A stretch of DNA of 64,000 bases from Candidatus Nomurabacteria bacterium. GTDB lineage: Bacteria > Patescibacteriota > Minisyncoccia > Phycocordibacterales > UBA918. The stretch's first letter is position 1, and each line of letters starts with the position of its first letter. The stretch covers positions 326,638-390,637 of the forward strand of contig JACKGF010000001.1 of NCBI GenBank assembly GCA_020632095.1, given 5' to 3'. A program made the translations under genes and the position numbers. Below, piece by piece: positions 28,536 through 37,898 of this stretch. The notes below the pieces were generated by a model. That model ran no database searches. It saw only the letters and a program-made list of their open reading frames with translations, and was not told the origin of the DNA.

Positions 28536-28743
28536 ATTGTTTTGAAACTATTTTTTTTAATTACCAAACAAAGAATTCTGCACTTAAACTTGGTTTTAGA
28601 TTCCGTTCCGTACGGATCCTTATTTGATGTTTATCATGATAACATATCGCATTAATTTTGTCAAGCATTTCTGACTCAAGCATAAGAAAATCCCATCATA
28701 GTACAACTGAGAGGACTTCTCGGTTGTACTATAACAGGATTGA

Positions 28744-29028
28744 TTAAGCTTCAACTAGCTCATCTTGTGGTTTTTTCTTTTTTTCGCTACTAATTAATCC
28801 AACGTAAGCTAGTCTCTCAGGTAGTATCGAACTGATACCAGTCTGCTCCGCCTTTTTCCAGGTCATGAAAATTCTCTGACCGGGGAGTAAACCTGCAATA
28901 TACTTCTTAAATTCTGAAGACAAATAATCGACATTCTGTTTATAACCTACATCGTCGCGAATGTATGTAAAAGTAAAGTCCGAAGCACTAATGAAAGTTG
29001 CCGGACATATATATGCTTCCGGCATCAC
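28744..29028 (-). CDS. hypothetical protein
   Basis: 94-aa ORF with a plausible terminator hairpin downstream (about 28700-28732). No family recognised. Confidence 0.4.
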   Translation of the reverse strand: MMPEAYICPATFISASDFTFTYIRDDVGYKQNVDYLSSEFKKYIAGLLPGQRIFMTWKKAEQTGISSILPERLAYVGLISSEKKKKPQDELVEA

Positions 29029-29162
29029 TTTCTCCTAGTAAGTTGGTTAATGGGCTATCTTTTTTAACTATAAAGTAAAACCTGTATATGTCAATCAAAA
29101 TCGTTAATTTGACAAGCCTTATAAATTAATGCTAAGTTGTTCTTGCATATCCTGCTTCGGAT

Positions 29163-29531
29163 ATGCCTAAACTCCACATTTTACAGGAGATCCAAATGAA
29201 CGACGTTGAGACAAATGGTAAATTCGCAATCGGTGGATTTATCAAGTTCTTTCCAGAGGTTACTAAAGACCAGATTCAAGTGACTATCATGTGCTTGAAA
29301 CCGAAATGGGAACGTAAATTCCCAGGACGGTGGATATCGCCCCACATCAGAACTGCTGGCGATGACGGATCCTACCTTTTTGCTTTCATCCGTGAATCGG
29401 ATGGCACATGGGATGGAGGTTTTGGCGGAGAGATAATCGAAGATCTTCGCAGATACCTTGGTCGCGACGAGAAAGGCCGTCCAGCCGGAGTACACCAGTG
29501 GAACATTGGTGGAAATATAGACATGGTCTAA
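29163..29531 (+). CDS. hypothetical protein
   Basis: 122-aa ORF followed by a terminator. No family recognised. Confidence 0.45.
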   Translation: MPKLHILQEIQMNDVETNGKFAIGGFIKFFPEVTKDQIQVTIMCLKPKWERKFPGRWISPHIRTAGDDGSYLFAFIRESDGTWDGGFGGEIIEDLRRYLGRDEKGRPAGVHQWNIGGNIDMV

Positions 29532-29556
29532 TACCTGTCTCGGCTTCCTAACATGC

Positions 29557-29593
29557 GCCGCTTAACACTCTATTTAGAGTCAGTTAGGCGGCT
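29557..29593 (+). terminator. terminator after 29163..29531
   Basis: GCCGCTTAAC ... GTTAGGCGGC stem followed by TCTTTTTAT. Confidence 0.55.
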
Positions 29594-29655
29594 CTTTTTA
29601 TAGAATAATATTTTTAGCTTCAATTTAATTTTTTGATTTGAATACATATAGAGTA

Positions 29656-29797
29656 TAGTGAAGATATGAAAAAAGTTATTGGGGTAGGGGTAATACTGCA
29701 AACAGAAAGGGGTACATTTTTATTACAAGAGCGTAATATGAATGCTGAATTACACCCAGGAAGAATCGCACCCTTTGGAGGTGGCATAGAAAAATAA
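29656..29797 (+). pseudogene. NUDIX hydrolase N-terminal remnant (46 codons then stop)
   Basis: MKKVIGVGVILQTERGTFLLQERNMNAELHPGRIAPFGGGIEK* resembles a NUDIX N-terminus up to the start of the Nudix box (GGGIE). No continuation exists in any frame. Confidence 0.3.
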
Positions 29798-29895
29798 GTA
29801 AAAGGGAATCTAAACCTACTTGAAAAAAGTAATCGATTTGAAGACACTCTTCTTCTACTCCCTGACTATACATCTACATTTTCACCTAGTTATCT

Positions 29896-30046
29896 TAAAC
29901 GCCAACCAAATTCCAAAAATAGCGCCAAGGGCATTGAAAATAATTGAAGCAAAAGAAAAATAGTTAGCCCCCCAGAGCATTGGAATGTATCCACCTAAAG
30001 TCCCTCCGATCAACATAAACATGTACATTATTCTTTTTGACTGCAT
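29896..30046 (-). CDS. small (50 aa) membrane protein, below ORF-track cutoff
   Basis: Minus-strand ATG..TAA gives MQSKRIMYMFMLIGGTLGGYIPMLWGANYFSFASIIFNALGAIFGIWLAFK, two glycine-zipper-like TM segments. Confidence 0.3.
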
Positions 30047-30130
30047 ATAGTCTAAATTATATACCTAGCGAACTTTAAAGTGACTAGTTGTTAACCATAT
30101 GCCGAAACGTAAGACTGATATCCAAACAAA

Positions 30131-31657
30131 TCACCAATTGCTCATTCCTGTAAATTCAAACAATCGATATTCCAGAGTTTTGATCAGGCTTGAATCTGCG
30201 TAAGTTTCATATGGTAGAGAATAGCTCCTACCCTTTTCACCTAACCATTGAGAATCAAAGAAAGCCTGAGCATCCTTGATAGAAGTAGTAGAAGGAACTC
30301 CTTCAACCAAAATATCAGTTTCGAGGTTGTAGTTATCTAAATTTCTTCGAGTTAGATTTGCTGAGCCAAGGATTAAAGTTCGACTATCTCCATGAGAAAA
30401 AATCAACATCTTACTATGACACTGTTCACCATGTGTATTACACCACCGCACTTCTGTATTACCATTAGAATGTTTAACTAATTCGTTAGCAATCGGTCTA
30501 TTTGGTATACCATTCTTTTCTCTTCCAAAAGCATCTTTATTAGCATCAAACAACAACCTGAGCTTTACCCCTCTTTTGTCTGCTTCCTTAAGCGCTGAAA
30601 TAATGTTTCTATCTGAAATGTAAAACATCGCCATATCTAGAGAGTCTCCAGTCCCAAGTGAGTTTAGTGTATTTAATATTTTTTCTTTAATTGCTCTTTC
30701 CGTTAAAAACTGAACTGTAATATCTCCAGTTTCTTCTGATAAAGCATTTATTAAATCGCTTGGTGGTGGAGTGAAATTGGCGCCAGAAAATTCGACAACC
30801 GATTGCTCACTCCTAATGGCATCACGCCAAACAAAATCATCAACCCGTAAAGCGCTGTTACCATGTGCACTTGAACCATCATGAGGATTGGCTGAGGTAG
30901 CTAAAACTGAAATTCCAACTCGACCATCTCGCTCATAGTCAGCTATCAATAATTTACGGTGATTGGCTTTAAAATTAAGGATGTTTATATAAGTCTGAAT
31001 GTCAACCTTTGACTTCTTTGGATCAAGAGCATTAGGAAAAATACCAACATCTACCTTTTGCGGTATCCATTGCAATAAACTGCGCCAAAAAGCACTATAC
31101 AACGGATTGCTGTCCCTAAGCTTTTTCAAATCAGTAATCGTGACCGAAATACCGACCTGTTCTAACCTAGAAAAATACTCAGATTCAGATTCACCGTACA
31201 TAGTATTTAACGGATCAGAAATAACTTGAATTATCATGTCTGAGTTTTCTTGTTTTTTCTTAACTAAGGCTTCTGTCACTTCTTTACTCAACTGTCTATA
31301 TGATGATGTAGCCACACCGAGAAAATCATTAAACAAAAACATATCCAACACAATATATTGATTAGCACCATCAATCATAGAAATAACCTCATCAAAAATC
31401 TCTTGCTCGGACTGACGTACCCCACTATTATCTAAAAAGGAAACATCTTTGAAAAAAGCAATACTGTCTTCTGAAACCTTAAAAGAAGAACCCTCTAAGT
31501 TCACCCCAGCAGGTAGTGTTCTAATGTTATTGTACAACCCGACACAAAATATTAAAAAACAAATCAGATAAAAAATTTTCTTTTTCTTAGACAGCTTAGA
31601 GACATAAATCTTTACTTTATTCATTATTGAATAGTAACAAAAATACCTGTGTATCAA
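30131..31657 (-). CDS. phospholipase D-family protein with two HKD motifs (cardiolipin synthase-like)
   Basis: It has an N-terminal TM helix and two HxK...D/GSxN motifs (HRKLLIADY...TSANPHDGS and HSKMLIFSHGD...GSANLTRRN). Confidence 0.7.
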   Translation of the reverse strand: MIHRYFCYYSIMNKVKIYVSKLSKKKKIFYLICFLIFCVGLYNNIRTLPAGVNLEGSSFKVSEDSIAFFKDVSFLDNSGVRQSEQEIFDEVISMIDGANQYIVLDMFLFNDFLGVATSSYRQLSKEVTEALVKKKQENSDMIIQVISDPLNTMYGESESEYFSRLEQVGISVTITDLKKLRDSNPLYSAFWRSLLQWIPQKVDVGIFPNALDPKKSKVDIQTYINILNFKANHRKLLIADYERDGRVGISVLATSANPHDGSSAHGNSALRVDDFVWRDAIRSEQSVVEFSGANFTPPPSDLINALSEETGDITVQFLTERAIKEKILNTLNSLGTGDSLDMAMFYISDRNIISALKEADKRGVKLRLLFDANKDAFGREKNGIPNRPIANELVKHSNGNTEVRWCNTHGEQCHSKMLIFSHGDSRTLILGSANLTRRNLDNYNLETDILVEGVPSTTSIKDAQAFFDSQWLGEKGRSYSLPYETYADSSLIKTLEYRLFEFTGMSNW

Positions 31658-32380
31658 TTATATTTACACACAGACACTTCATATATAATAAATGTTATGA
31701 AATACAAAATTTTTCTTTTCACTGTCTTCGCTATCATCTGGGCCTGGGCAGCCTACAAACCACTTTATCCTCATGACTGGCTACTAGAAAATTATCTAGT
31801 TTTTTTATGGGTACCAATTATTGTAATTTCCAGTAAATACTTTAGGCTTTCAAACATTTCTTATACTCTCATCACAGTGTTTATGTGCATGCACGTTGTT
31901 GGCTCGCATTACACCTATGTTGAAGTTCCTTTTGGATTCACTCTTCAAGACTGGCTTGATGCTGACAGAAATATGTATGATAGACTCGTTCACTTCTCAT
32001 ATGGACTACTTCTCGCCTACCCAATCAGAGAGATGTTTATTCGTGTAGCACACGTACGTGGTTTTTGGGGTTATTTCTTTCCAGTCGATCTCACTCTCGC
32101 TTTTTCAGCAATCTACGAATTGATAGAGTGGCGCGCTACAGCAAATATTCCTGCTGAACTTGGACTAGCTTTTCTTGGTGCCCAAGGCGATGTTTGGGAC
32201 GCCCAAAAGGACATGGGGCTGGCTGGACTAGGTGCATTTTTAGCTATGATTATCGTATTCCTTATCCATGTAAAATATGATAAAAATGTTTGGAAAGAAT
32301 TGAAATCAAGCGTAAAAATTAACAAAAACGACACCCCTTTAGGCGAAGTGAAACTGAAAGAGATGCTGGAGCAAGAATAA
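31649..32380 (+). CDS. YjdF/DUF2238-like inner-membrane protein
   Basis: It is polytopic, with a HYTYVEVPFGFTLQDWL...RNMYDRLVHFSYGLL pattern that I recall from YjdF-family proteins. Confidence 0.5.
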   Translation: MYQLYLHTDTSYIINVMKYKIFLFTVFAIIWAWAAYKPLYPHDWLLENYLVFLWVPIIVISSKYFRLSNISYTLITVFMCMHVVGSHYTYVEVPFGFTLQDWLDADRNMYDRLVHFSYGLLLAYPIREMFIRVAHVRGFWGYFFPVDLTLAFSAIYELIEWRATANIPAELGLAFLGAQGDVWDAQKDMGLAGLGAFLAMIIVFLIHVKYDKNVWKELKSSVKINKNDTPLGEVKLKEMLEQE

Positions 32381-32474
32381 TTTCTAATACTTCAAAATTA
32401 AACCTGTAAATAAAAAGGCCCGGATGCGTTACACCCCCGGCACCTTTTGAAGTTGGCTCAGTTTTTAAGAAGCT

Positions 32475-33245
32475 TTAATCAACACCATACTTTTGACGAT
32501 AAGAACGAATTTCATTAAGAAATTCTGTTATGTTCGACTTAGTATAGTGAGCAATCTTAGCACCACTCTCAACTATCCTTTCGAGATACCTAACAAGGTC
32601 AGCCAGCGTTGCGATTGAAAAAACCGGAATGTCATAAAGATATTGCACTTCCTGCACGGCTGAAAGATTACCTTCACCTCGCTCCATTCGGTCAAAAGAA
32701 ACAAGTACCCCAGCTGGCTCTGCACCAGCCTCCCTTATAAGGTCTACTGACTCACGAACTGAAGTACCAGCGCTGATTACATCGTCACAAATAAGAATTC
32801 GTCCGGAAATCGGAGCACCAACTATTTCACCCCTTTCCCCATGGTCTTTTGGTTCCTTGCGGTTAAATGTAAAAGGAAAACTAATTCCATAAAGTTGATC
32901 ATAGGCCACTGCCAACGTAGAAACCAGAGGAATTCCTTTGTAGGCTGGTCCAAAAAGACTAACGCTCGATAGGCCATACTTCATCGCTTCATTGAGGCGT
33001 CGTGCATAGTACTCGGACAACATTCTTGCCCCTCGACCATCACTGAAATTTCCAGCATTAAAGAAATACGGTGAATTGCGTCCAGCTTTGGTAAAGAATT
33101 GTCCGAAAAGCAAAGCTCCTTGTGATATAGCAAACTCAACAAACGAGTCTGCTATCGAGGGTTCATCTCCCTTCTGTATAGAACCTTCGCCGATAATTAG
33201 ATCACTACCGTGTACACCATCTGTAAATCCAACATCTGCAACCAT
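32475..33245 (-). CDS. pyrE: orotate phosphoribosyltransferase
   Basis: It has an N-terminal PRPP-loop region (GALLFGQFFTKAGRNSPYFFN) and the PRTase motif (GRILICDDVISAGTSV). Confidence 0.7.
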   Translation of the reverse strand: MVADVGFTDGVHGSDLIIGEGSIQKGDEPSIADSFVEFAISQGALLFGQFFTKAGRNSPYFFNAGNFSDGRGARMLSEYYARRLNEAMKYGLSSVSLFGPAYKGIPLVSTLAVAYDQLYGISFPFTFNRKEPKDHGERGEIVGAPISGRILICDDVISAGTSVRESVDLIREAGAEPAGVLVSFDRMERGEGNLSAVQEVQYLYDIPVFSIATLADLVRYLERIVESGAKIAHYTKSNITEFLNEIRSYRQKYGVD

Positions 33246-33359
33246 AATTTATTCTCCTCGTTTACGATCGTGGCCCACCCTTGGAACCAAGTATCCAAAA
33301 GGAAGAATACTCTAATATCTTGTAAAATCAACAAATTCTACATGAATCCTGATCAGCTC

Positions 33360-33959
33360 TTATCCTTCCATTTCCTTAAAAACAATCGGGGCGTCAAGAT
33401 AACGTTTCCATTCTTTTATTTTGTGATTTAATGAGCGATTCTTAAAACCAACAATAGACAACGCTTCCCAAATAAACACCCAACCACCAATAAAGAATCC
33501 TTGCACCAATACGTCTAAGAAAAAATTATCTGAAAACTGAGCGTCAGAAATTACCGCCACTCCAAGTAAAGCAATTCCGATAATAAAATTTCTAATCATC
33601 CCGTGCATAACCTCAACTCTTTCTTTCTCCAACACATGCACTTTAAACGCGAATTGATTTTTAACGCCATCAATGCAAATGGCTTCTTTTTCTAAATCAT
33701 GCTCCAAACTTGGCATAGTAAAAACAACGGCTAAAGGATGTTTGATAGAAATATCTCTGGAACATTCCTCTAAAAATGATTGTAGAGCCGGATTCAAATC
33801 TCTGCGTATAAACGGAGCCGGGTCCCATTCATTAAAAATGTCCTCATAATTATCAACTGCTGCCTCTATCGTATAGCGATTAGTATCTTCAAATTTTGGG
33901 TAAACATGCTCAGTATTAACGTCTTGTGATTTCATAGACTGACATCTTACCACGAACAA
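33360..33959 (-). CDS. hypothetical protein with C-terminal TM helices
   Basis: 199-aa ORF with no recognised family. Confidence 0.45.
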   Translation of the reverse strand: MFVVRCQSMKSQDVNTEHVYPKFEDTNRYTIEAAVDNYEDIFNEWDPAPFIRRDLNPALQSFLEECSRDISIKHPLAVVFTMPSLEHDLEKEAICIDGVKNQFAFKVHVLEKERVEVMHGMIRNFIIGIALLGVAVISDAQFSDNFFLDVLVQGFFIGGWVFIWEALSIVGFKNRSLNHKIKEWKRYLDAPIVFKEMEG

Positions 33960-34068
33960 ACTACCCTCTACTTTTCAGGTTATTAATCCCCCAACTCTAC
34001 ATCTTTCCAGACACAGGGTTGTATTCTACGCCTAGGGTAGGCCCTAGGCGAGTATCTCAATCTATCTA

Positions 34069-34254
34069 TTAAACAGCGTCGAAACGGGCTTTATTCTCTC
34101 TCATCCATTTCTCCATATCTTCTTCAGTTTTTGATGAATCTGCCATCACATCGCTATGTGATTCCGCATAATGTGGACGAAGAGCCATCATCCATTCTTC
34201 AAAAGTCTCCCCTTCAGCCGTCACCTCACACAAATCACATTTTAAGGTTTTCAT
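34069..34254 (-). CDS. small hypothetical protein
   Basis: 61 aa with CDLC and His/acidic residues. It may be a metal-binding miniprotein. Confidence 0.4.
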   Translation of the reverse strand: MKTLKCDLCEVTAEGETFEEWMMALRPHYAESHSDVMADSSKTEEDMEKWMRENKARFDAV

Positions 34255-34427
34255 ATTAATTGATAACGTTAGAAATTAATAACTCCATACATCTTACAGG
34301 AAATTTTTTGTTTTACTTAAAAACACCAACCAGGTTTAAATTTTACAAACTAATTCAGCGTTTAACAAAAGAAAGTCCACTGTCGGGTGAACTTTCTTGA
34401 ACTTAAACATTCTTCATTATGTAAAGA

Positions 34428-34727
34428 CTAGGAAACTCGGGAAAACTTTCTGTCCCAGGCTCCATTAAGATGAAGGAACCCATCTTTGAAACTTTCGACG
34501 AGATGAGTTCCAGAGGGAGTGCTGTTTGACAAGGTGACCAACATACCCCCCTTTGCTTGCTCATAACTTATTACCGTCGAGCTACGAGCTTTTAAATTTT
34601 CGAATGCTCTCAAAAAAGAAACCGATTCCTTCTCGGTAAGAATTGCCGAAAAAGAAACTGTTTGTCCAGCCGGGACATCCGGTTTTTGTAACATATTACG
34701 CAACCTACTTTTTCTCCGTCTCATCAC
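34428..34727 (-). CDS. hypothetical protein
   Basis: 99-aa ORF with a basic N-terminus. Confidence 0.4.
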   Translation of the reverse strand: MMRRRKSRLRNMLQKPDVPAGQTVSFSAILTEKESVSFLRAFENLKARSSTVISYEQAKGGMLVTLSNSTPSGTHLVESFKDGFLHLNGAWDRKFSRVS

Positions 34728-34947
34728 TAAACTCCTGTAAAAAGAACCTGCTAGCTATCCAGTTATTAATAATATCACAGCCAGTCTGAACATATTGTAT
34801 TTGAAAATAAATATTATCGAATGACTTGCAGTAAATAAATATCTGTATACAAAAAACCGCCAGAGGTTTACGAAACATGATGCTTTATTTTTTCTGAGAT
34901 ACAGTTATACTGCAAACCTAAGTTAATACCCTAAAATAAATATCAAT

Positions 34948-35169
34948 ATGGAAGAAATGGAAATTAAAGATGTAAACGGAAATGTGTTGAAAAACGGAGA
35001 CAACGTAATTGTTATTAAAGACCTTAAAGTAAAAGGTAGTTCAGGTGGTTTGAAACAAGGAACCAAAGTAAAAAATATCCGCCTCACCGACGAACTTGAA
35101 GGTCTGACCGGAAAAATCGACGGTATGAAAGGCATCTATATCAAACCAGAGTACGTAAAGAAGGCTTAA
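34948..35169 (+). CDS. PhnA/YjdC C-terminal-domain protein
   Basis: [41 protein letters not shown] closely parallels the C-terminal domain of E. coli PhnA ([39 protein letters not shown]). Confidence 0.7.
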   Translation: [73 protein letters not shown]

Positions 35170-35208
35170 TCTATAGCACTTGGTAGACTAACTTCAAGGC
35201 AACTGATC

Positions 35209-35685
35209 CTACAACCGTCGCGGATCATAGGCCCAATGTAGTATTGCTTGCCTTTGCTTTGGTCGGCAAGACTGGTCACCCGGTCGACAATTGTGAGCTA
35301 TTTGGGAAGCATGGCGAGTGATGGCTTTCCAGCGTTTAATCTGACGCTCATCATCTTCATGACGACGCCCTAGGTAGTACCGACAATACCACTGAAACCA
35401 ACCTCGCGGATCATCTTTATGTATCCAACCCTTAGCCTGCCACACCGACAATGGTTGACTAGCGTTTACACCATAATAATTGAGTTCTTTGTGTTGTTTT
35501 CCATCAACCGAGAGTTTAGCGTTTTTGAACCAAGCTTTTGGAAATTCCTTTGGTTTATCACCAAAATACAACCCTCCAAACACTCCTAGCTCTAACATCT
35601 CCTCCGGGGTAAGGTGTGGTTTAAATTCTGGGTGAAAATTCTCACCAATCTTTTCAGTTATTAAGTAGACATAACCAGTCTGCAT
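35209..35685 (-). CDS. hypothetical conserved protein (start trimmed to the internal Met that removes the overlap with the upstream gene)
   Basis: The ORF-track frame is 35209..35751, but the first 22 codons overlap the upstream gene. It has Trp/His-rich motifs (WFQWYCRYYLGRRHEDD). No family assigned. Confidence 0.4.
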   Translation of the reverse strand: MQTGYVYLITEKIGENFHPEFKPHLTPEEMLELGVFGGLYFGDKPKEFPKAWFKNAKLSVDGKQHKELNYYGVNASQPLSVWQAKGWIHKDDPRGWFQWYCRYYLGRRHEDDERQIKRWKAITRHASQIAHNCRPGDQSCRPKQRQAILHWAYDPRRL

Positions 35686-35692
35686 TGAATCA

Positions 35693-36493
35693 TCAACAAT
35701 TATTTCCTTCATAATTATAAAAATGCTTAGGAGGTAGCGGGAAAAATGCACTAGTACGCTTCTTGTACTCTTGAAAAGCAGGATTATCAGCGAAACTCTT
35801 TTCTAACATCGGAATTCCTGATACTTTCAATATGAGAAAAGTAATGGTTAAGGGACTAATAAGTGCTATGTAGCTGAATGGCAAAGTAGCTGTCATTAAC
35901 CATATTCCCCACCACATGGTGACTTCCCCAAAATAATTTGGGTGCCGTGAATATTTCCAAAGCCCCTTGTCCATAATCATCCCGTGTGCTGGCTTACTTT
36001 TCAAAAATCTATCAAGCTGCCAATCCCCTACCACCTCAAAGAAATACCCTAACAGCCAAACCAACAGACCAATGATTGTGATTGGACCTAGTTGATAACT
36101 CGTCCCATATAAGTTTACGTGAACAAACGAATAACCAACCACGACCATCAGAAATCCTTGCAGTAAATAAACCTGCAAATAACTACGAAGATAAAACCAT
36201 CTACCCCACTCATCACGCCATTTTTTATAACGAAAGTCTTCAGGCTTTTTTAAATTTCGTAAAAATATCCTGAGTGATAACCTAACTCCCCACAAACCGG
36301 CCAGGACAGTCAGTAACAAAGACAGATTTCCACCTGACCCACTATAGTAACTAACTAAAGCAACAATAAATATCCCTATACCCCAAGCCACGTCAGCAAT
36401 ATCATTCCGCCTAATAATTAAAGACAGAAAAAACAGACTGGTCACAAATATACCAATAACAGAAAAAGTTAAGATTGATTGGTCAAAAACCAT
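35693..36493 (-). CDS. DUF1295/ICMT/steroid-5alpha-reductase-family membrane protein
   Basis: It is polytopic with the C-terminal signature GLWKYSRHPNYFGEVTMWWG that is characteristic of this superfamily. Confidence 0.6.
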   Translation of the reverse strand: MVFDQSILTFSVIGIFVTSLFFLSLIIRRNDIADVAWGIGIFIVALVSYYSGSGGNLSLLLTVLAGLWGVRLSLRIFLRNLKKPEDFRYKKWRDEWGRWFYLRSYLQVYLLQGFLMVVVGYSFVHVNLYGTSYQLGPITIIGLLVWLLGYFFEVVGDWQLDRFLKSKPAHGMIMDKGLWKYSRHPNYFGEVTMWWGIWLMTATLPFSYIALISPLTITFLILKVSGIPMLEKSFADNPAFQEYKKRTSAFFPLPPKHFYNYEGNNC

Positions 36494-36496
36494 ACA

Positions 36497-36904
36497 TTAC
36501 AAAAGGAAGGTTTTACCTAAATAATAACTGACAGCTGCTACACTACTAGTGAGAACTGTCCCCCATATCAAGTCCACCACAGTCACTAAGACCGGCCAAT
36601 CTTTTATCGTTGCGAGATTGGTAAAGTCATAGGTAGCATAAGCAAAGAACCCAAACAATGCTCCCAACATGACTGCTTTCCCGAGAGAGCCAGCTTCCAG
36701 CGCTGGATGTACCGCAAAGATAATTATCCCGACAATATAGATGAGATAAAATACAATCGCAGCCACCCAATTGACAGGGCCAAGTAGGAAGCCAATTTGT
36801 GACTGATAAAACTTGGTTGCCACTGTTCCAAGCCAAAGCATGTCTATCAGTAAAAAGGCTGGAATTGTCATCAAGTACAGATAGAAAAATTGTATAAATG
36901 TCAT
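36497..36904 (-). CDS. hypothetical 4-TM membrane protein
   Basis: 135 aa and hydrophobic throughout. The IS200 left-end hairpin lies about 45 bp upstream of its start. Confidence 0.45.
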   Translation of the reverse strand: MTFIQFFYLYLMTIPAFLLIDMLWLGTVATKFYQSQIGFLLGPVNWVAAIVFYLIYIVGIIIFAVHPALEAGSLGKAVMLGALFGFFAYATYDFTNLATIKDWPVLVTVVDLIWGTVLTSSVAAVSYYLGKTFLL

Positions 36905-36929
36905 GTTATAGATTCAAGTAAGTAATCGT

Positions 36930-37525
36930 TAATTGCGCCAGCCTAAACCACCGCCTCCGGCGGTGGTGATCAAAAAAAAGGTTCCACCAGTCTATCTAGT
37001 ACTATTAACATAGCTCCAGTGATGAAGGCACTGAAGCTATGAAAACACAATATAAGAAATTGTCACACACCGTATGGCTGTGTACTTATCATATCGTATT
37101 TTGTCCTAAATATCGATATAAAATCCTAGAAGGAAAAGCCGAAGTATTGGTACGAAACTACTTCTACCAACTCTGTGGAAGAAAAGACCAAGTAACGATT
37201 GAAGAAATAAATATCCAACCAGATCACGTCCACATGATAATCTCCATACCACCAAAATACTCCATTTCAGATATGATGGGATACCTGAAAGGAAAAACTG
37301 CTCTCAAATTATTTCAAGAACAAAAAACCATGACCAAACGATACTGGGGAAGACACCTGTGGAGTCGTGGGTACTGTGTATCCAGTGTGGGTCTGAATGA
37401 AGAACAGATACGAAAGTATGTGAAATGGCAACAAGAACGAGATTCTAAAGGTTAACATTAACCACTAATAATTTATGCCTTCTAGGCTGGAGTTCATACC
37501 ACCGCTTTTAGCGGTGGTTGTTGAT
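36930..37525 (+). mobile_element. IS200/IS605-family insertion sequence (tnpA-only, about 600 bp)
   Basis: A Y1 HUH transposase gene is flanked by subterminal hairpins. LE is ACCACCGCC-tcc-GGCGGTGGT at 36947-36967. RE is CCACCGC-tttta-GCGGTGG at 37499-37517. Both are preceded by related GCCAGCCT/AGGCTGG sequence. Confidence 0.75.
37039..37455 (+). CDS. tnpA: IS200/IS605 family transposase TnpA (Y1 HUH)
   Basis: 138 aa with HTVWLCTYHIVFCPKYRYKIL, the HUH motif (DHVHMIISIPP) and catalytic Tyr region (YVKWQQ). Confidence 0.9.
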   Translation: MKTQYKKLSHTVWLCTYHIVFCPKYRYKILEGKAEVLVRNYFYQLCGRKDQVTIEEINIQPDHVHMIISIPPKYSISDMMGYLKGKTALKLFQEQKTMTKRYWGRHLWSRGYCVSSVGLNEEQIRKYVKWQQERDSKG

Positions 37526-37893
37526 TGCAAAACAGTCGCAAACGAAACCCAAAGTAGGTACGGAATATTCACATAAACTACCCAAGGAAAGTATGGGTAA
37601 ATTACAAATCCAGCCCACACCATAGTCCCTAGTACTAACAGAATATCTAATGCTGCCAAGAGATTGTTTTGTAGCCCGAACTGTAGTGGAGTGAAAGCAA
37701 AGTTAAAAACTAAATTAAGAATAAAAGGTAACAACACTATGAAAGGAAGAGTCCCTTTCGTGTACTTATACGCAACAAAACCGAATGATACAGCGATTAT
37801 TAGATAAAGCACACTCCATACCGGCCCAAATACCCATGACGGTGGTGCCCACTCAGGCTTAATAAGTGTTTGGTACCAAGTATAAGTTGACAT
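37465..37893 (-). CDS. tspO: TspO/MBR family tryptophan-rich sensory protein (C-terminal tail encoded by IS200 right end)
   Basis: N-terminal WYQTLIKPEWAPPSWVFGPVWSVLYLII is the TspO signature, and there are five TM helices. The last roughly 17 codons (…TTTAKSGGMNSSLEGINY) are the reverse complement of the IS200 RE hairpin. Confidence 0.8.
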   Translation of the reverse strand: MSTYTWYQTLIKPEWAPPSWVFGPVWSVLYLIIAVSFGFVAYKYTKGTLPFIVLLPFILNLVFNFAFTPLQFGLQNNLLAALDILLVLGTMVWAGFVIYPYFPWVVYVNIPYLLWVSFATVLQSTTTAKSGGMNSSLEGINY

Positions 37894-37898
37894 AAAAT

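Noticed and set aside
29620-29873. Two overlapping minus-strand ORFs (75 and 65 aa)
   Set aside because: They overlap each other in different frames and lie antisense to the NUDIX-like remnant. Their products are Cys/Phe-rich low-complexity sequence.
32405-32440. Possible hairpin 'ggcccggatgcgttacacccccggcacc' between convergent genes
   Set aside because: The arms are not properly complementary: GCCCGG versus the CCGGGC that a stem would need. I could not build a convincing stem, so it is not called as a terminator.
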